A stretch of DNA of 64,000 nucleotides from Paragordius varius (taxonomy: Eukaryota > Animalia > Nematomorpha), in contig OZ176055.1 in NCBI GenBank assembly GCA_964247055.1, positions 4,278,001-4,342,000 of the forward strand, in the 5' to 3' direction. The position numbers were made by a program, and so were the translations under genes. Of the stretch, positions 51,236-63,451 are shown in pieces. Within the stretch, counting starts at the first letter, position 1; each line of letters begins with the position of its first letter. Below the pieces are notes generated by a model. That model saw nothing but the letters and a program-made list of their open reading frames with translations. It was not told the origin of the DNA and did no database searches.

Positions 51236-53954
51236 ATGAGATTCTTTAATTTTTGCTGTTTCCTCATTCTCTTCACTGTTAATAAAATTGTTGCAAACGA
51301 AAATTTACCAGCCTTTGCCAAGTTATGTGAGACTTCATCCAATATTGATTTTATATCAATCAAAAAAAGCCCAACAGATTGTACAGGCGAACAATGTGAG
51401 ATTGGATTAAAGGATACACTCCGAGTCGATTTTAAACCAAGTAAACACATTATTTGATACATAATATTTATTCAAAGTACTTTATATACCGAAATATCTC
51501 AATAAAAATATTAGATTTTGCTTCGAGTTATGTTCACATTTTATAGGATTTATATTTTAGATGATACAATGTGCATTTTGAGGGTTGCTTATTCCTGGGC
51601 ATTTTGCAACAGTAGTGTATGGAAAAAACAACAAAATGTTGAATAAACAATTGTTTCATTTCTTTCACTTTGTTTATTTTTTCCATACTTTACTGTGTTG
51701 CGAATTTCCCAACTATAGTTTTACATAAGCAATTATTAAAATGCATACTGTAAAAGCTTATATATGGACATCATTGCTGATAATAAAAATATATGTAAAA
51801 TTGATGGTTAACTTTATTATTCGTCATATAATATGATAAATAGAGAAAAAATTTAAAAAGTTTCTAAAAACCTTTTACAGTATATGTAATGTGTGATATA
51901 AAAAAGTTTTGTTTTTCATTAATTAAGCAAAATTAATCAAAAAATGTTTATGCAACCATTTATTGTTTTTATTATACGTTATTATGTTTTTGAAACTCGA
52001 ATAATATATTTTTTTCCTTTAATGGGGAGACAGAACTTTACACTTTGTCCCTGTGTTATTCGAACCCTTGTTTGTATTCATAAGTAACTACCTTTTACCC
52101 AATACTAGGCTGGTAATGGGTAAAATAAATATTTTCCCTATGTTCAAACATTTTTGTTTATACAATAACGGGTCAACATACGCTATTTTGAAAATAACTT
52201 TAAATTAACTTTTACAGTCATGTCTATATAGAATTGTCTTTTTTTTTATTTAAATGATTATAATTTTTTTTTAATTGTTTTGATGTTTGATATGTCAACT
52301 TTCAACATGCGCATTTTTAAGCCTTAAAATAATAATAGCCTATTTAGTGTAAGAATTTTTAATTTATAATTAAAAGATGTTGCAAAATATTATTCTTGAA
52401 CATTTTATCTACAACATGCGCATGTAATTTATGATAACCAAGTTTAATATATGTTTTCATTTTCTAGGGGTTTTTAACATGCACTTAAAATATATAAGAA
52501 AACCCAAGCAGATGTCCATTTAATCTCTATATATATAAAGAAATAAATCATAAATCTAGAGTTATTTTAAAAAATTATGAATATCAACGATAACCCATTA
52601 TTTCTTCTTTGCTCGGCAGCTAGTGTACTTGAAGGTTTATATTAAAAAATAAAAATTCAGAACGAAATCCAATATTAAAGGAAAACATAGCTCCCTCAGT
52701 TTTTATTAAGTTCAATAATAGTTTGCGATAATGCACCTATTCACAAAGCTGTGGTTGTAGGTGAGCTAAGAAATAAAATTGTTTATTTACCTCCTTATTC
52801 GCCACAACTGAATCCCATTGAATGTTTTTTTCATGAGATTAAACATCAATTTGATAAAAAACCCCGGTGTAGTACCCCTTTAGAGCAGCATAACAAAATT
52901 TCAAGACTTTGCGAAGAGAGAAGGGAAAAAAATCTAAAAAATTATTTTAATTTTTCTTCACATATTTTGTTGGAATGTATACAAAGAAAACCCCTAGAAA
53001 ATGAAAACAATTATAAATTTATTTAAATATTATAATCAATAAATATTTTTATCTTTTAAATTATATTTTGGTTATGTGTGTTTAAACTTTATTAATAAAA
53101 TTTTATAATTAATATTTTACAAAAGATAAAAATTACAATATGCGCATGTTGTGCATCAAGAATAATATTTTGCAATATCTTTTAATTATAAATTAAAAAT
53201 TCTTACAATAAATAGGCTACTATTATTTTAAGGCTTAAAAATGCGCATGTTGAAAGTTGACATATCAAACATCAAAACAATTAAAAAAAAATTATAATCA
53301 TTTAAATAAAAAAAAAAAGACAATTCTATATAGACATGACTGTATGTATGTTGCTGAAAAGGGCGTTATTGCAACATTATATATCTTTTTTAACACCAAA
53401 ACTATTGTATTTTATAATAACAGTTGTTAATCCGTAGTATAACGATAAAGGATAACGTAGTATAACGATAAAGGATAATTAAATAGAATTAAATTATCCT
53501 TTATCGTTATACTACGGATTAACAACTGTTATTACAAAACATAACCAATCCGTTATTTACCATTACTATTGTATTTTATGTTTAAATTAGTATATACCAT
53601 ATAAGTAAAGTTTTTGACAAATTTTAGAAATAAACTTTCGAAGGCTAGATGTATACTATAAATTATATGATAATGATAATTTAAATGGTATTGAAATGGA
53701 GATTGGACAACTTCAAGATCTTAAAGCCAATACACTCAAGACATGGGAATACCCTAATGCTTACAGTGCCGATGTAAAATAATATATTTTTATTCAAAAA
53801 TAATCGATTACTCCTAAAGTTGATACATATTGGGTTCCGTTTTGGGCAGCATAAAAGGCACCTATTAGAATCTCATATTTTTAGTATTCCCCCAAACAAT
53901 TACACTGTTCATCAGATATCTTGTTATTTTAATCACAAATATACATTTTTTTGA
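51236..53954 (+). CDS. Probable secreted ML-domain (NPC2/MD-2-like) lipid-binding protein; exons 51236-51440, 53628-53773, 53820-53954 (161 aa)
   Basis: Signal peptide MRFFNFCCFLILFTVNKIVA; F..LC...I..I....DCTGEQC (CX4C as in NPC2)...VDFKP; C-terminal ISC; size fits an ML protein. Exons 2-3 were inferred from phase and splice sites only. Confidence 0.5.
52215..53342 (+). mobile_element. Tc1/IS630-like (DDE_3) element with ~190-bp TIRs and a truncated transposase
   Basis: TA|CAGTCATG...CATGACTG|TA; near-identical long TIRs; internal IVCDNAPIH...YLPPYSPQLNPIECFFHEIK. Confidence 0.88.
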
Positions 53955-55072
53955 ACCGTATTCGCGATTTCTGATCGTTAAAAATATATATTTTAGTTTA
54001 TTGAAATATTAACCTAAATCTAAACTTCCCGTTTCATTTGAATGTGAAAGTCTATTTTTAAATTTTTGAGAGGAAATCCAGTTTTTTTACTATATTATTG
54101 TGTCAACAAATAAAACATTGTATATATAAAAACGGAACCGCAATCACCATTTGACCAAACCATGTAATAATGAAAAGCATTTTGCACAAAAATTCTTTGG
54201 TCTGAAATATTGTTTAAACACTCTTTTTTCTTTGCATTCTTTTAAACACTTCATGACCTTTTTTTTGGGGGGAGGGGGGGGGGGGGTTAATAGCCCAGAG
54301 CGATTCGAAATTTTATAAAGTATTTAAGGTATTAAGCCAAATTTAAAAATATCTTTTTTTTTGCCTTTTAGGCGCATAATACATATTTTTTAAAAAATGT
54401 AAAATTGTTAAAAAATCTTCATCTCGAATTCGCCGCCATTTTTTTCTTATAATTTTTTTTAATTGCTTATACAATAGGCAAATAAATGTATATAATAAAA
54501 CTTTATTTTAACAAAAAATATTTTGAAAATAAATGCAGTAAGAGTTACCAAAATTCAAAGTTGAGGAAAACAATATGTAAAGTATAAATGAAAAAAAAAC
54601 TTTTGACTAATTCATAAAAACAAACGAATGTAAATTCTTATAGATTATTATTTCGACCCCTTAAAAAGTAGGGATAATACAACTCTCTTTGTAAAACTCA
54701 ATAATTGATATTTGAATCAGTTAACGACCGATCCGTTTCTCGCGCTTTAAAAATATGTTTTTTATTTTTTTTTATTTTTCATATTTTTATTGAAAGTATG
54801 ATATTTGTGGAAAAGCTCACAAATATTTTTGTTTTCATGTAGTTAGGTTATCTAAAACTTTAAAAAAACGGTGGCCACTGAAAATTAAAAACAATTATTT
54901 TTTTTAGTTTGAGGGTGACGTGGAAGTTTTGTTCAAAAACAATGAAAAAACCGAAGGATGTCTGAAACTGACCATCAAAATGGTGTGAGAATAGAATAAC
55001 CTCATTTATAAATTTATTGTATTTTTTTGGTTACAATATTTACATATCAAACATTTATTAAAATTTGTTTTA

Positions 55073-58000
55073 CTATGATGAAAATGTCATATCAAATAAA
55101 TTTACATCTTGATCGTAACTTATATCCGCCAAAATTGATTTCTTTTGCATATATGAGGCTTCGTTATGTTTTTTAGTTTTATTTTGTTTGTCAGCCTGCT
55201 TTCCAATGCCAAATACATTTTGATTTTTTTGTGTCGCTCTATACAATATAACAAATATATTTATAAAAAATATATCACATGCCATTAAGTTTTTAGTTTG
55301 TAGAGATTACTAATGTTTTAAATTTATTTTAAGGTTAAATTTATTAAGATTGTAATTTTAATTTATTTTCGAAATTTAAAGTCTTGGCTATATATGATTT
55401 GTCTTATGTCCGATTTAAATTGTTTTGAATCTTTTATTTTGTTTTGCATAGACAATATATAGGCTAATTAATTTAAGGCTCAAGAATGCGGTTGTTGAAA
55501 GTTGACATAATTACAAAAATAATTTAAACCATATAACGCTACCAAAGAAACCATAATTAGTAAGTAAATATATCTGATCAAAATATCAGCCAATAAATGA
55601 TACCTATATAAATGAAAGGTTATGTTATCAATATAATATTAACCTTTTGTTAGGCACATCATTATTCTTGAATTTTCCCGTCCTAATTCCTGTCACACAA
55701 TTATTTCTTTCATCACTTAAATATTTCTAAAGACGAAATATGTAGCATACAACAAATATTTAATTTAAATGAACGATAAATACCAAACAAACTACAAAAA
55801 CAATTATGTACCTCGTAGACTATTTTTTTATCGTTAGGCGTTCTTGTGGTTTTGAAAAACTTTTTCAAAGGGTTGTTCATTTGTGCCAAGTTTGCGAAAT
55901 TCGAATCCTATAAATATAAGAATTATATGCATATAAAATCATTTAAGTCCGTAAAAAATATTTTATATGGGCCATAATTTTTTTAAAAGAATTTTATGAG
56001 TATAAGGCAAGGCTTGGAATCGGTTTAAAAAAGTGGAACCGGAACCGTGGTTCTTGAACAAATGGGACCGGAACCACGTTGTTTTCATCCCAATGGAATC
56101 GGTTTTTGTTAAAATTTTTGGAACCAGTTTCCGGTTCCATTCGGTTTCGATTCCAAGCCCTGATTTAAGGCCTTTAATCCTCTAATGTTTTATAATTCAT
56201 TTACAATAATCGGTACAAATTAATTTATTTTTAGCAATGTTTGATTCTAAAATTATTAAAAATACGATAGGTGTTTCCGGTATATAAATTGTTGGAGTTT
56301 TATTGGTAGTGTCACTGTTTTGCGGCTTTTTCTATATATATAAAGATACGAATAATAAAGAAATTGAAACTTAATTTCTTATATATAACGCCTCATCAAA
56401 AAATCTAATATTAGCTTTGATAATTGTTAGTCCAAATACAAAATTTTAATAATTAAAAATAAATGCTTAAACTCAAATTATAAATAATTTGACCAAAACT
56501 ATATGCTACATCATGATTATATAACTATGGATTAGACATATAAATTAAACTACACTTATAGCCAGGGGTGTCCGATTGGTGGTTCCGTTTGTTATTTATA
56601 TGAAAATTAATACATCTATCTATAAATTTATTTGATACTTATGCTTGATTCTATATATTCAAATGTGGCTCAGATTTTTGAGGTCGATGTGGCTCTTCAG
56701 GCCATTTGTATTGGACACCCCGGCTTATAACTTTAAACATTGTATCGTTATAAACTGTATCACAACCAATGTTTAACATGTTATACAATAATGTTTATAT
56801 TACATTTATGGTGGGTTAATAAAAAACATTTGAACGTTTCAGAGGGATGGGAAAGGCGATATAATAGTTGTGAGAATTCGCGAGAAAGTATTATACCATA
56901 ATTAAATGTCACTAATAATTATAAATTTTGGGCAGAGTGTGGCAGTGTTTTCAAGCTTTTAAGTTTAGCCCTATCCAGAAATAAATCATTTAATATTCTT
57001 ATGCAAGCAGCGTATCGGAAGACAATTATAAAATTAGTTCACCCAAGAGATAGAAAACACCAAAAATTTCAAGTACATATTCACACGGCCATCAATATAA
57101 AATTCATCATTGTCATAGAGCGTAATAAGGCGCTTTTTGATATTCCCATAGCGGCACCTTATGCATCGTTCTTTACAAAAAAGTCCCCAAAAATTTATTT
57201 TAATTTTCAGGAAAAAATCATAAACTTGCAAGATATTTGAATTAAGGATGCCGATTATACGCGAGTTCTCCTCATTTAACGCCTATAAGGTTGAGCATTC
57301 TAAATGACGATTATAAACGTATCATTGTAATACCATCTGCAAAAAACTGCGGTTGCACAGACTGGGGCTCTTTAATAAATTTCTTTACCCTCTTTGGAAA
57401 ATGTCAAATTACCTTCAGGTTGCAAGCTCTTCTTGTCTAATTCTTTTTTTAAATTTAATCATTTCCTTATAATCAGTATGACAGCAAAGACAGGGCACAT
57501 GTTCATATAATTTTACAATTCTATAAAAAATGGCCATTGTTGATATTGTTAATTGTTCATTATAATGATTTCAGAACAGACCAATTCGATATGAGGAAAA
57601 GAGATAACTTTTTTGGAAAGTTTTAACTAAGATTTTTTGAAAATGGTAAAAATAAATATGCTACAGGCTTGTTTGTAAAAAAAGGCTCGATTAACAAGAA
57701 ATACAAATTAACATTATATACCGCGCTTTTTGGTTCAAATTCATTTGTATCGATTGGCGTACTAATCGCAATTTTTTGCTTTTGTCGGGTCATTCTACTA
57801 ACTGATTCTGGTTTTATATTTTTAGATTGCACATTGTTTTGTGTTGTTAACTTGAATTGAAGCTAAAAATATAATGTATTCAACAAATAGTAATATGTTT
57901 AAATGATAATATCATAGTTTTAATTTGGGAGAATTACTTCTTTTAATGGTGTAACTTTTTTGTTACTCCTTGGCTGATTTGCTTTTTCCAATAATTTATT

Positions 58001-61000
58001 CTCTAAAAGTTTCTATATTATAGTGTTACATTAATTTAGTTACCCGTTTTTGCAGTTCTTGACCCCGAAAAATCTCAAACTCTCTTTCCTTTTCTTGTAT
58101 TAACGCATCCCCATCCATCTTTAAAATAAAATAGAAAAATGAAAATAAAGCCATTATAAAATCTATATATTTATAAAAATGGAAAACGCTGGCTTTGTGA
58201 TCTAGTACCGGAAAACCGGTAGACCCATTCAAATCCAAACATCGAAAAAATATAATCATTAATGAATGCCCCGATAATAGCTTCGCCTTTTTTTAAAATA
58301 GGCCCCCAGTTCGGGCCCACTCCGTGTGAAAAACGGTTTTTTTTGAAAACAGAAGTTTACAAAAATCGTGTCTTTGAAACAATTTTCTAGAGAACGTGTT
58401 GGACCATTCAATTTCAAATATAATTTTTGTTTACTTATTTTTGATCGCACCGAACATAGTCGACTCACTTTTTTGAAGGCCTTCTTTTTACCCGCTACCC
58501 CCGTAAAATGCCATTTTTTTCAAAAAAAACAAAGTCCACAAAAATAATTTTTTAAATTTATTTTTTTCCCAAGTAAATAATAAATTAGTATGAATGCACC
58601 ATTTTAAAATTCCTATGAGATCATAGTTATTAAATAATGTTTCGAAATAATCCACGTATGTGGATCATTTTATTGTTCCTTTTTTCAAATAACCCCCCCA
58701 GAAGTCCGAAGGACTTCCTCGGCCTGCGTAGCAGCACGAGATTTATGCTAGTATTGTTATAAATATTTTTACATAATTTTTAATTCAAATCATCGTTTTT
58801 CATATTTACTATATATATATATATATAATAGATCAGTAATTTTTTAATCTAAAATGATTCCATATAAATATTAAAGTTGTTTACAAAATTTACATAGAAA
58901 ATAATGTTATTGATATTAAAAAAACATAAATAACCGAATAAAAAATGCCTGGTCAAAATACCACCAACTCAAAAATATTATAAACAATAAATACATCTCA
59001 TTCAAATCCAAATCGACTATGTACACCACCACCATACGACCCGTTCTAATTTACGCAACCGAAGCTATGGCTTTAACCAAAACAAATTCACTAAAGTTAC
59101 AACAAGCGGAAAACAGAATTCTAAAAACTATATGCAACAAACCCAAAATAATAAATTTGAACCATATAAATGACTCAACTTATCGACTGTTTGCGCACAA
59201 ATCGTCTGAGATTCGCGGGACATGTTCACCGACGCCCACATGAAAGTTGGCTATACCGCATGGTCAATTTTTCTACAAGTTTGCGAAATCGTAAAGGACG
59301 ACCATTAAAAAATTGGCGTGGAAAACGATCTGGCTATTTTAAATCTGAAAATTGAAGATGCGCAGGACCGATGCTTATGGCGGACAGCTGCCTGAAGGGT
59401 TACCCCCTTGTTGGGAGAAAAAAACCCTTAAAGATTGATAATGGTTGATTCTATTTACCTTATACTTCTCCATCATAATTGACATTTCCTTTCGCTCTTG
59501 TTCAAGGGTACACTTGGCTTTCATCCATTCTTGTTTGTGATTCAATAATTGTTCATTAATTTCACATTTCTAGTTAATTGGTATTATAGATGTTACAATG
59601 TATTGATTTTTTTTATGAAAACTTAAAACAGAAGTCTCCAATACAAATGGCTTGGCGGCCCCCATTTTCACAAAAAACTGACGGGCCGCATTTTTATATA
59701 TATATATGAGTATTCATAAATTTTTGTGGTTTTAAACAAAAAAAGTGTAAAATACAAACATAATATTTTCATATTCCTTCCAAATTGAGTAAGTGCTTAT
59801 TCAGAAAATTTGTTTGAGAAATATTAATTTTACTAAGTTGTAAGCATAATTTGGCAAATTTGAATTTCTAAATTCGCGGGCCATATATACAATTTCAGAG
59901 GGCTGCATGCGGCCATGTTAGAAACCCCTGACATAAACTATCAAATCAAAGATAAAAATATCTAAAATTTAACAAAACTAACTCAAATTTTGAAATATTT
60001 TTTAAATATTAAATTCTTTGGTAATACCTCCAATTCCAACTTTTCATTCATAGCATGTAATTGAACTATCTGTTTCGCTTGATTTTGGAGTTCGTCTCTT
60101 GCCCGTTTAAGTTTAATTTTTAAGTCCCTATGCTTAAGGATGGTGCTCCTAATTATCATATTTTTGGATTGTGCCAAGGAACGTAACTAATGTTATAATT
60201 AATAAAATATTTGGTTTATATTCAATTTAAATCAAATTTTAAAAAATGGAAATATTTACATAATCATATTAGGTAAATCTGAACTTCAACAAACATAGTA
60301 TATTATATATATAACACCTTAGATAAAATTTAAACCTGACATCTCTTTTTGGTTAAAATGTATTGATTGTGATTTCCCAATCTTTTCAATTTCGAACCTT
60401 GTGTCTTGTATCTGATTTTTATTTTCTTGAATTGTTGATTCAATGTCGCTAACTGTAAATAGTTTAAAATATATAGATGCTCATATATTTTTTGTATCTC
60501 AATTATAATGAGTGAAGGCATAATCGATTTATAACTGACTTTTTATAAAAATCTATTAAAATATTAATTGTAACAAATAAATTTAGAACCATAAACAATT
60601 AAGCTTTATTTTATTTTTCTAGAAAATATTAGCCTTTTTAAACAAATATAGATCTTGTCCTCCCAAAGAGTCGGTAAACGATCATTAACAATTGAAACGC
60701 ATATAAACTCTTGATCCTAAAACGCATCCTTAGTTTAAATTATAATTAGAGAAAATATGTTTTATTTAATACAATAGGAACAAAATGCTTAAATTATAAT
60801 AGGTAATCATTTTATATTAAAAAATACATAATATAGCCTATAACAGTACTATAAAAACTTTTTAAGCGTTTTGATATTAAATATAATTTTTCCAAGTGAA
60901 ATGACAATAATGACAAATATCCGCTTATTGTTTTAAATTTAATTGAATAAAAAAATAGAATCATGGATTGAAATGTATAATATTATACTTGACTGCTAGT

Positions 61001-63399
61001 TTCTGCCAAACCAATTTTGTATTTGTTTATCTCAGCAATTAATTTTTTATATTCTTCTAGTTGAACACTAAATGCAAAGTAAAGAGTACTGATTGTATAT
61101 AGATAGATTGCTATTAATCTTATTAGTATTGAAAGTATATTATTTAATATAAGTCCATAAATAATTTCAGTTAATTAACCAAATTTATTCTTAGAGCCTA
61201 TTAAGCATATATTGTTATATTTGACAATACAAATTACAATCCAGTCGTTTTGCGTCCTAAATTTTTTGACGGTAAATATATAGAAAAAGGATAATTCTGC
61301 ATTTTTGATAGCCAATATGCCCCAAACTTATTCATATTTTGTTTAGATATTAATTTTATATAATAACGTTTTTTTGTTCATTTTATGACGTATATCAGTT
61401 TTGGTGTCCCTTTAAGTAATATAATCGAATAGAAATATTTTATTTTAAACCATTCTCGTTGTTTCTATATTTAATAAATTGGTATCATAATGAAAAAAAA
61501 CCTACAAACTATAACCGGCCATTCGAATTCAATGATTGTAAATGTGATATTTAATTTATGTTAAAACAAAGATATAAGTAAAATTATAAACCGTGGTTAG
61601 CCGCGGTAAAAAAAGAAAAGTGCTCTAATGCGAAATGCTGGGTATGATACGTTTTTTTATAATTATCTCATGTATGAAACTCGATTATATTTTACACGAA
61701 TTTTAATTGATAAAAACGGATAACAAAAAGATTTTAATAAAAAGCGAATAGCATCGAAAAATGAAATCGATAAGGTTATAATCAAGAAATTCGACATATT
61801 ATATGTTATTTTCGTAAAAAACAATTTGTAACGCTATCCATTAATAAATCGGATATAATGAGAAAATGATCATTTCTTTCGCCATGTAAACGCAAATTTA
61901 CTGATATTTTGTTAACAATTAATTACCGTAATGCACCTGATTCTTTGGTTTGTTTCGTCAATTCAAGCTGTAGCATTTCATTACATTCAGTCAAATTCTA
62001 AATTAAATAAATCTGTTACAAATTGTTTATTTTTATTAAGAGGCCATATCCCAAATAATTACACACGCTTTTAACGGAAATATATCTAAAATCGAACGGT
62101 AGATACATTTTTCGGGGGAGAATGTATTTTGATTTGCGATAAGGTAGAAAGTTAAAAATAACTTTCATTTATCCATTAAAAGGAAATAAAATTTAATTAG
62201 CCTTAAATGTAAGAAAATATCTGCTTAGAATATGTGTTTTTCTAAAAATTCAATAAAAATACAGTATGAACATTCATGCTGGCCTATTCCCATTATTGTT
62301 GGCTGAATGGCAACACAGTAGTATATAAGTAAAAACAACAAAATGTAAAAATATTTTTTTCTATCTTACATTATTAATTTGTTTTTAATTATAGACAAAA
62401 TTTGTTTTATAATTCATGCTATATTACTAATTGGCTAATATGTGAATAAGCCAGCATTAATGTACATACTGTAAACACGCAATAAAAAACCATGTTTAAT
62501 TGTTGGATTTCTGATAATCTTGATGTGGTTGTTTCAAGTTCTTTTCTCTGTTCATCCACCATATTTTTCAAAACAATGCATTCTTCTTCCTTTGCTTTAA
62601 TTGTTAGTCTTAATAATAAATAAATATATAGTCAACCTTAATTTTTCAGTGTCCAACTTTAATAAATCCTTTTCACGATTCAAATAATTAATTTTGGTTT
62701 CATGTGATTCACATTGTTTTTTGTATTGTTCAAGGTTCGCCTATTGAATAAATTTTAATTAATGTGAGAATTCAAAAACTGATATTACGAAACAATCATA
62801 AATTTCATTCTTGCCTGTTATTAGTCAAAAGTTATATAAAAATATTATAATCGAAACAAAATATAATATTTTTTAATAATTAGTGCGAAAATGATAAAAA
62901 TCGTAATTTAACGAACAAGTTAAAGAATTACCCCGAATAAAAATCAACGTGTAAATAAAACAATTATCTGGATTAAATGCATTTTTGGATGATTAGTTAG
63001 GTGATAAATTTTCGCAAGACCCTACATAAAGCTTTTAATAGCTAATTATAAAACTTACACAATTTAAAAATACTCTAAGGATACTTTTATTTTTGAATTT
63101 ACAGAATAGTATTGGAAATTTGTTTTGGGATAAAAACTCAAATTGTTTTAGAAAAATTATTATTTTTACATAATTTGGAGATCCACATTATTTTCAAAAA
63201 AGTTAAATCCTAGACGTATGTAGGAGAACTAAATAATCAAAAATTTACCGAAATAATATATTTTTTTATCTAATATACGTACAGTAATTTCAATTTCGTG
63301 TTTTGTGGATATTTCGAGTTTTGATTTTGTTTCCAAAAGAATTTTCTTAAAATCGGTATATGTTTTTTCGGCAGCATCCTTTTCATTCAATACCATTTC
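55073..63399 (-). CDS. Long coiled-coil protein of unknown identity, 5'-incomplete; exons 63283-63399, 62637-62740, 62491-62608, 61927-61997, 60989-61067, 60336-60452, 60028-60186, 59459-59569, 58044-58118, 57938-58012, 57722-57862, [unresolved ~57000-57630], 56266-56331, 55812-55907, 55644-55726, 55073-55238
   Basis: Eleven consecutive exons with matching phases give 389 aa, mostly heptad-rich (e.g. ANLEQYKKQCESHETKINYLNREKDLLKLDTEKLRLTIKAKEEE); four more phase-matched exons give a basic, TP-containing 136-aa tail ending DQDVNLFDMTFSS*. All junctions are GT-AG. Confidence 0.75.
56008..56162. mobile_element. hAT-type MITE (ggaacc-rich), intronic
   Basis: TIRs CAAGGCTTGGAATCG / CGATTCCAAGCCCTG; flanks gtataagg / atttaagg (6/8). 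Confidence 0.75.
56563..56723. mobile_element. hAT (Charlie-like) MITE, intronic
   Basis: TIRs CAGGGGTGTCCGA / TTGGACACCCCGG; TSD cttatagc / cttataac (7/8). Confidence 0.8.
58162..58751 (+). mobile_element. Complete non-autonomous Helitron-like element (family B), intronic
   Basis: A|TCTATATATTTATAAAAATGG...hairpin GAAGTCC-GAA-GGACTTC...GCTAG|T: insertion between A and T with no TSD. Confidence 0.8.
59010..59395 (+). mobile_element. RTE-like LINE 3' fragment, intronic
   Basis: YTTTIRPVLIYATEAMALTK...AENRILKTI and NRLRFAGHVHR...NRKGRPLKNW, typical of RTE ORF C-termini. Confidence 0.8.
59629..59930. mobile_element. hAT (Charlie-like) MITE, intronic
   Basis: Ends CAGAAGTCTCCAA / TTAGAAACCCCTG; flanks acttaaaa / acataaac (6/8); gcggccc motifs. 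Confidence 0.6.
62262..62471. mobile_element. TA-flanked MITE, intronic
   Basis: TA|CAGTATGAACATTCATGCTGGC...GCCAGCATTAATGTACATACTG|TA. Confidence 0.7.
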
Positions 63400-63451
63400 C
63401 TGTTAAAAATGAACTTAAACAATATAAAATTTATTTGAAAATTATACATCA

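Noticed and set aside
51561-51710. Candidate exon 2 of the ML-like gene after the AG at 51560
   Set aside because: Reads into a stop with no ML character, and lies in a small foldback repeat (cagtagtgtatggaaaaaa / ttttttccatactttactg).
56288-56372. Plus-strand TM-like reading IVGVLLVVSLFCGFFYIYK, suggesting a membrane anchor for the ML-like gene
   Set aside because: It has an in-frame TAA just upstream and is the antisense of a phase-matched exon (56266-56331) of the coiled-coil gene.
57000-57630. Degenerate hAT transposase (HVPCLCCH) or a separate plus-strand gene
   Set aside because: No other transposase motifs or TIRs; it lies between phase-linked exons of the coiled-coil gene and more likely holds unresolved exons.
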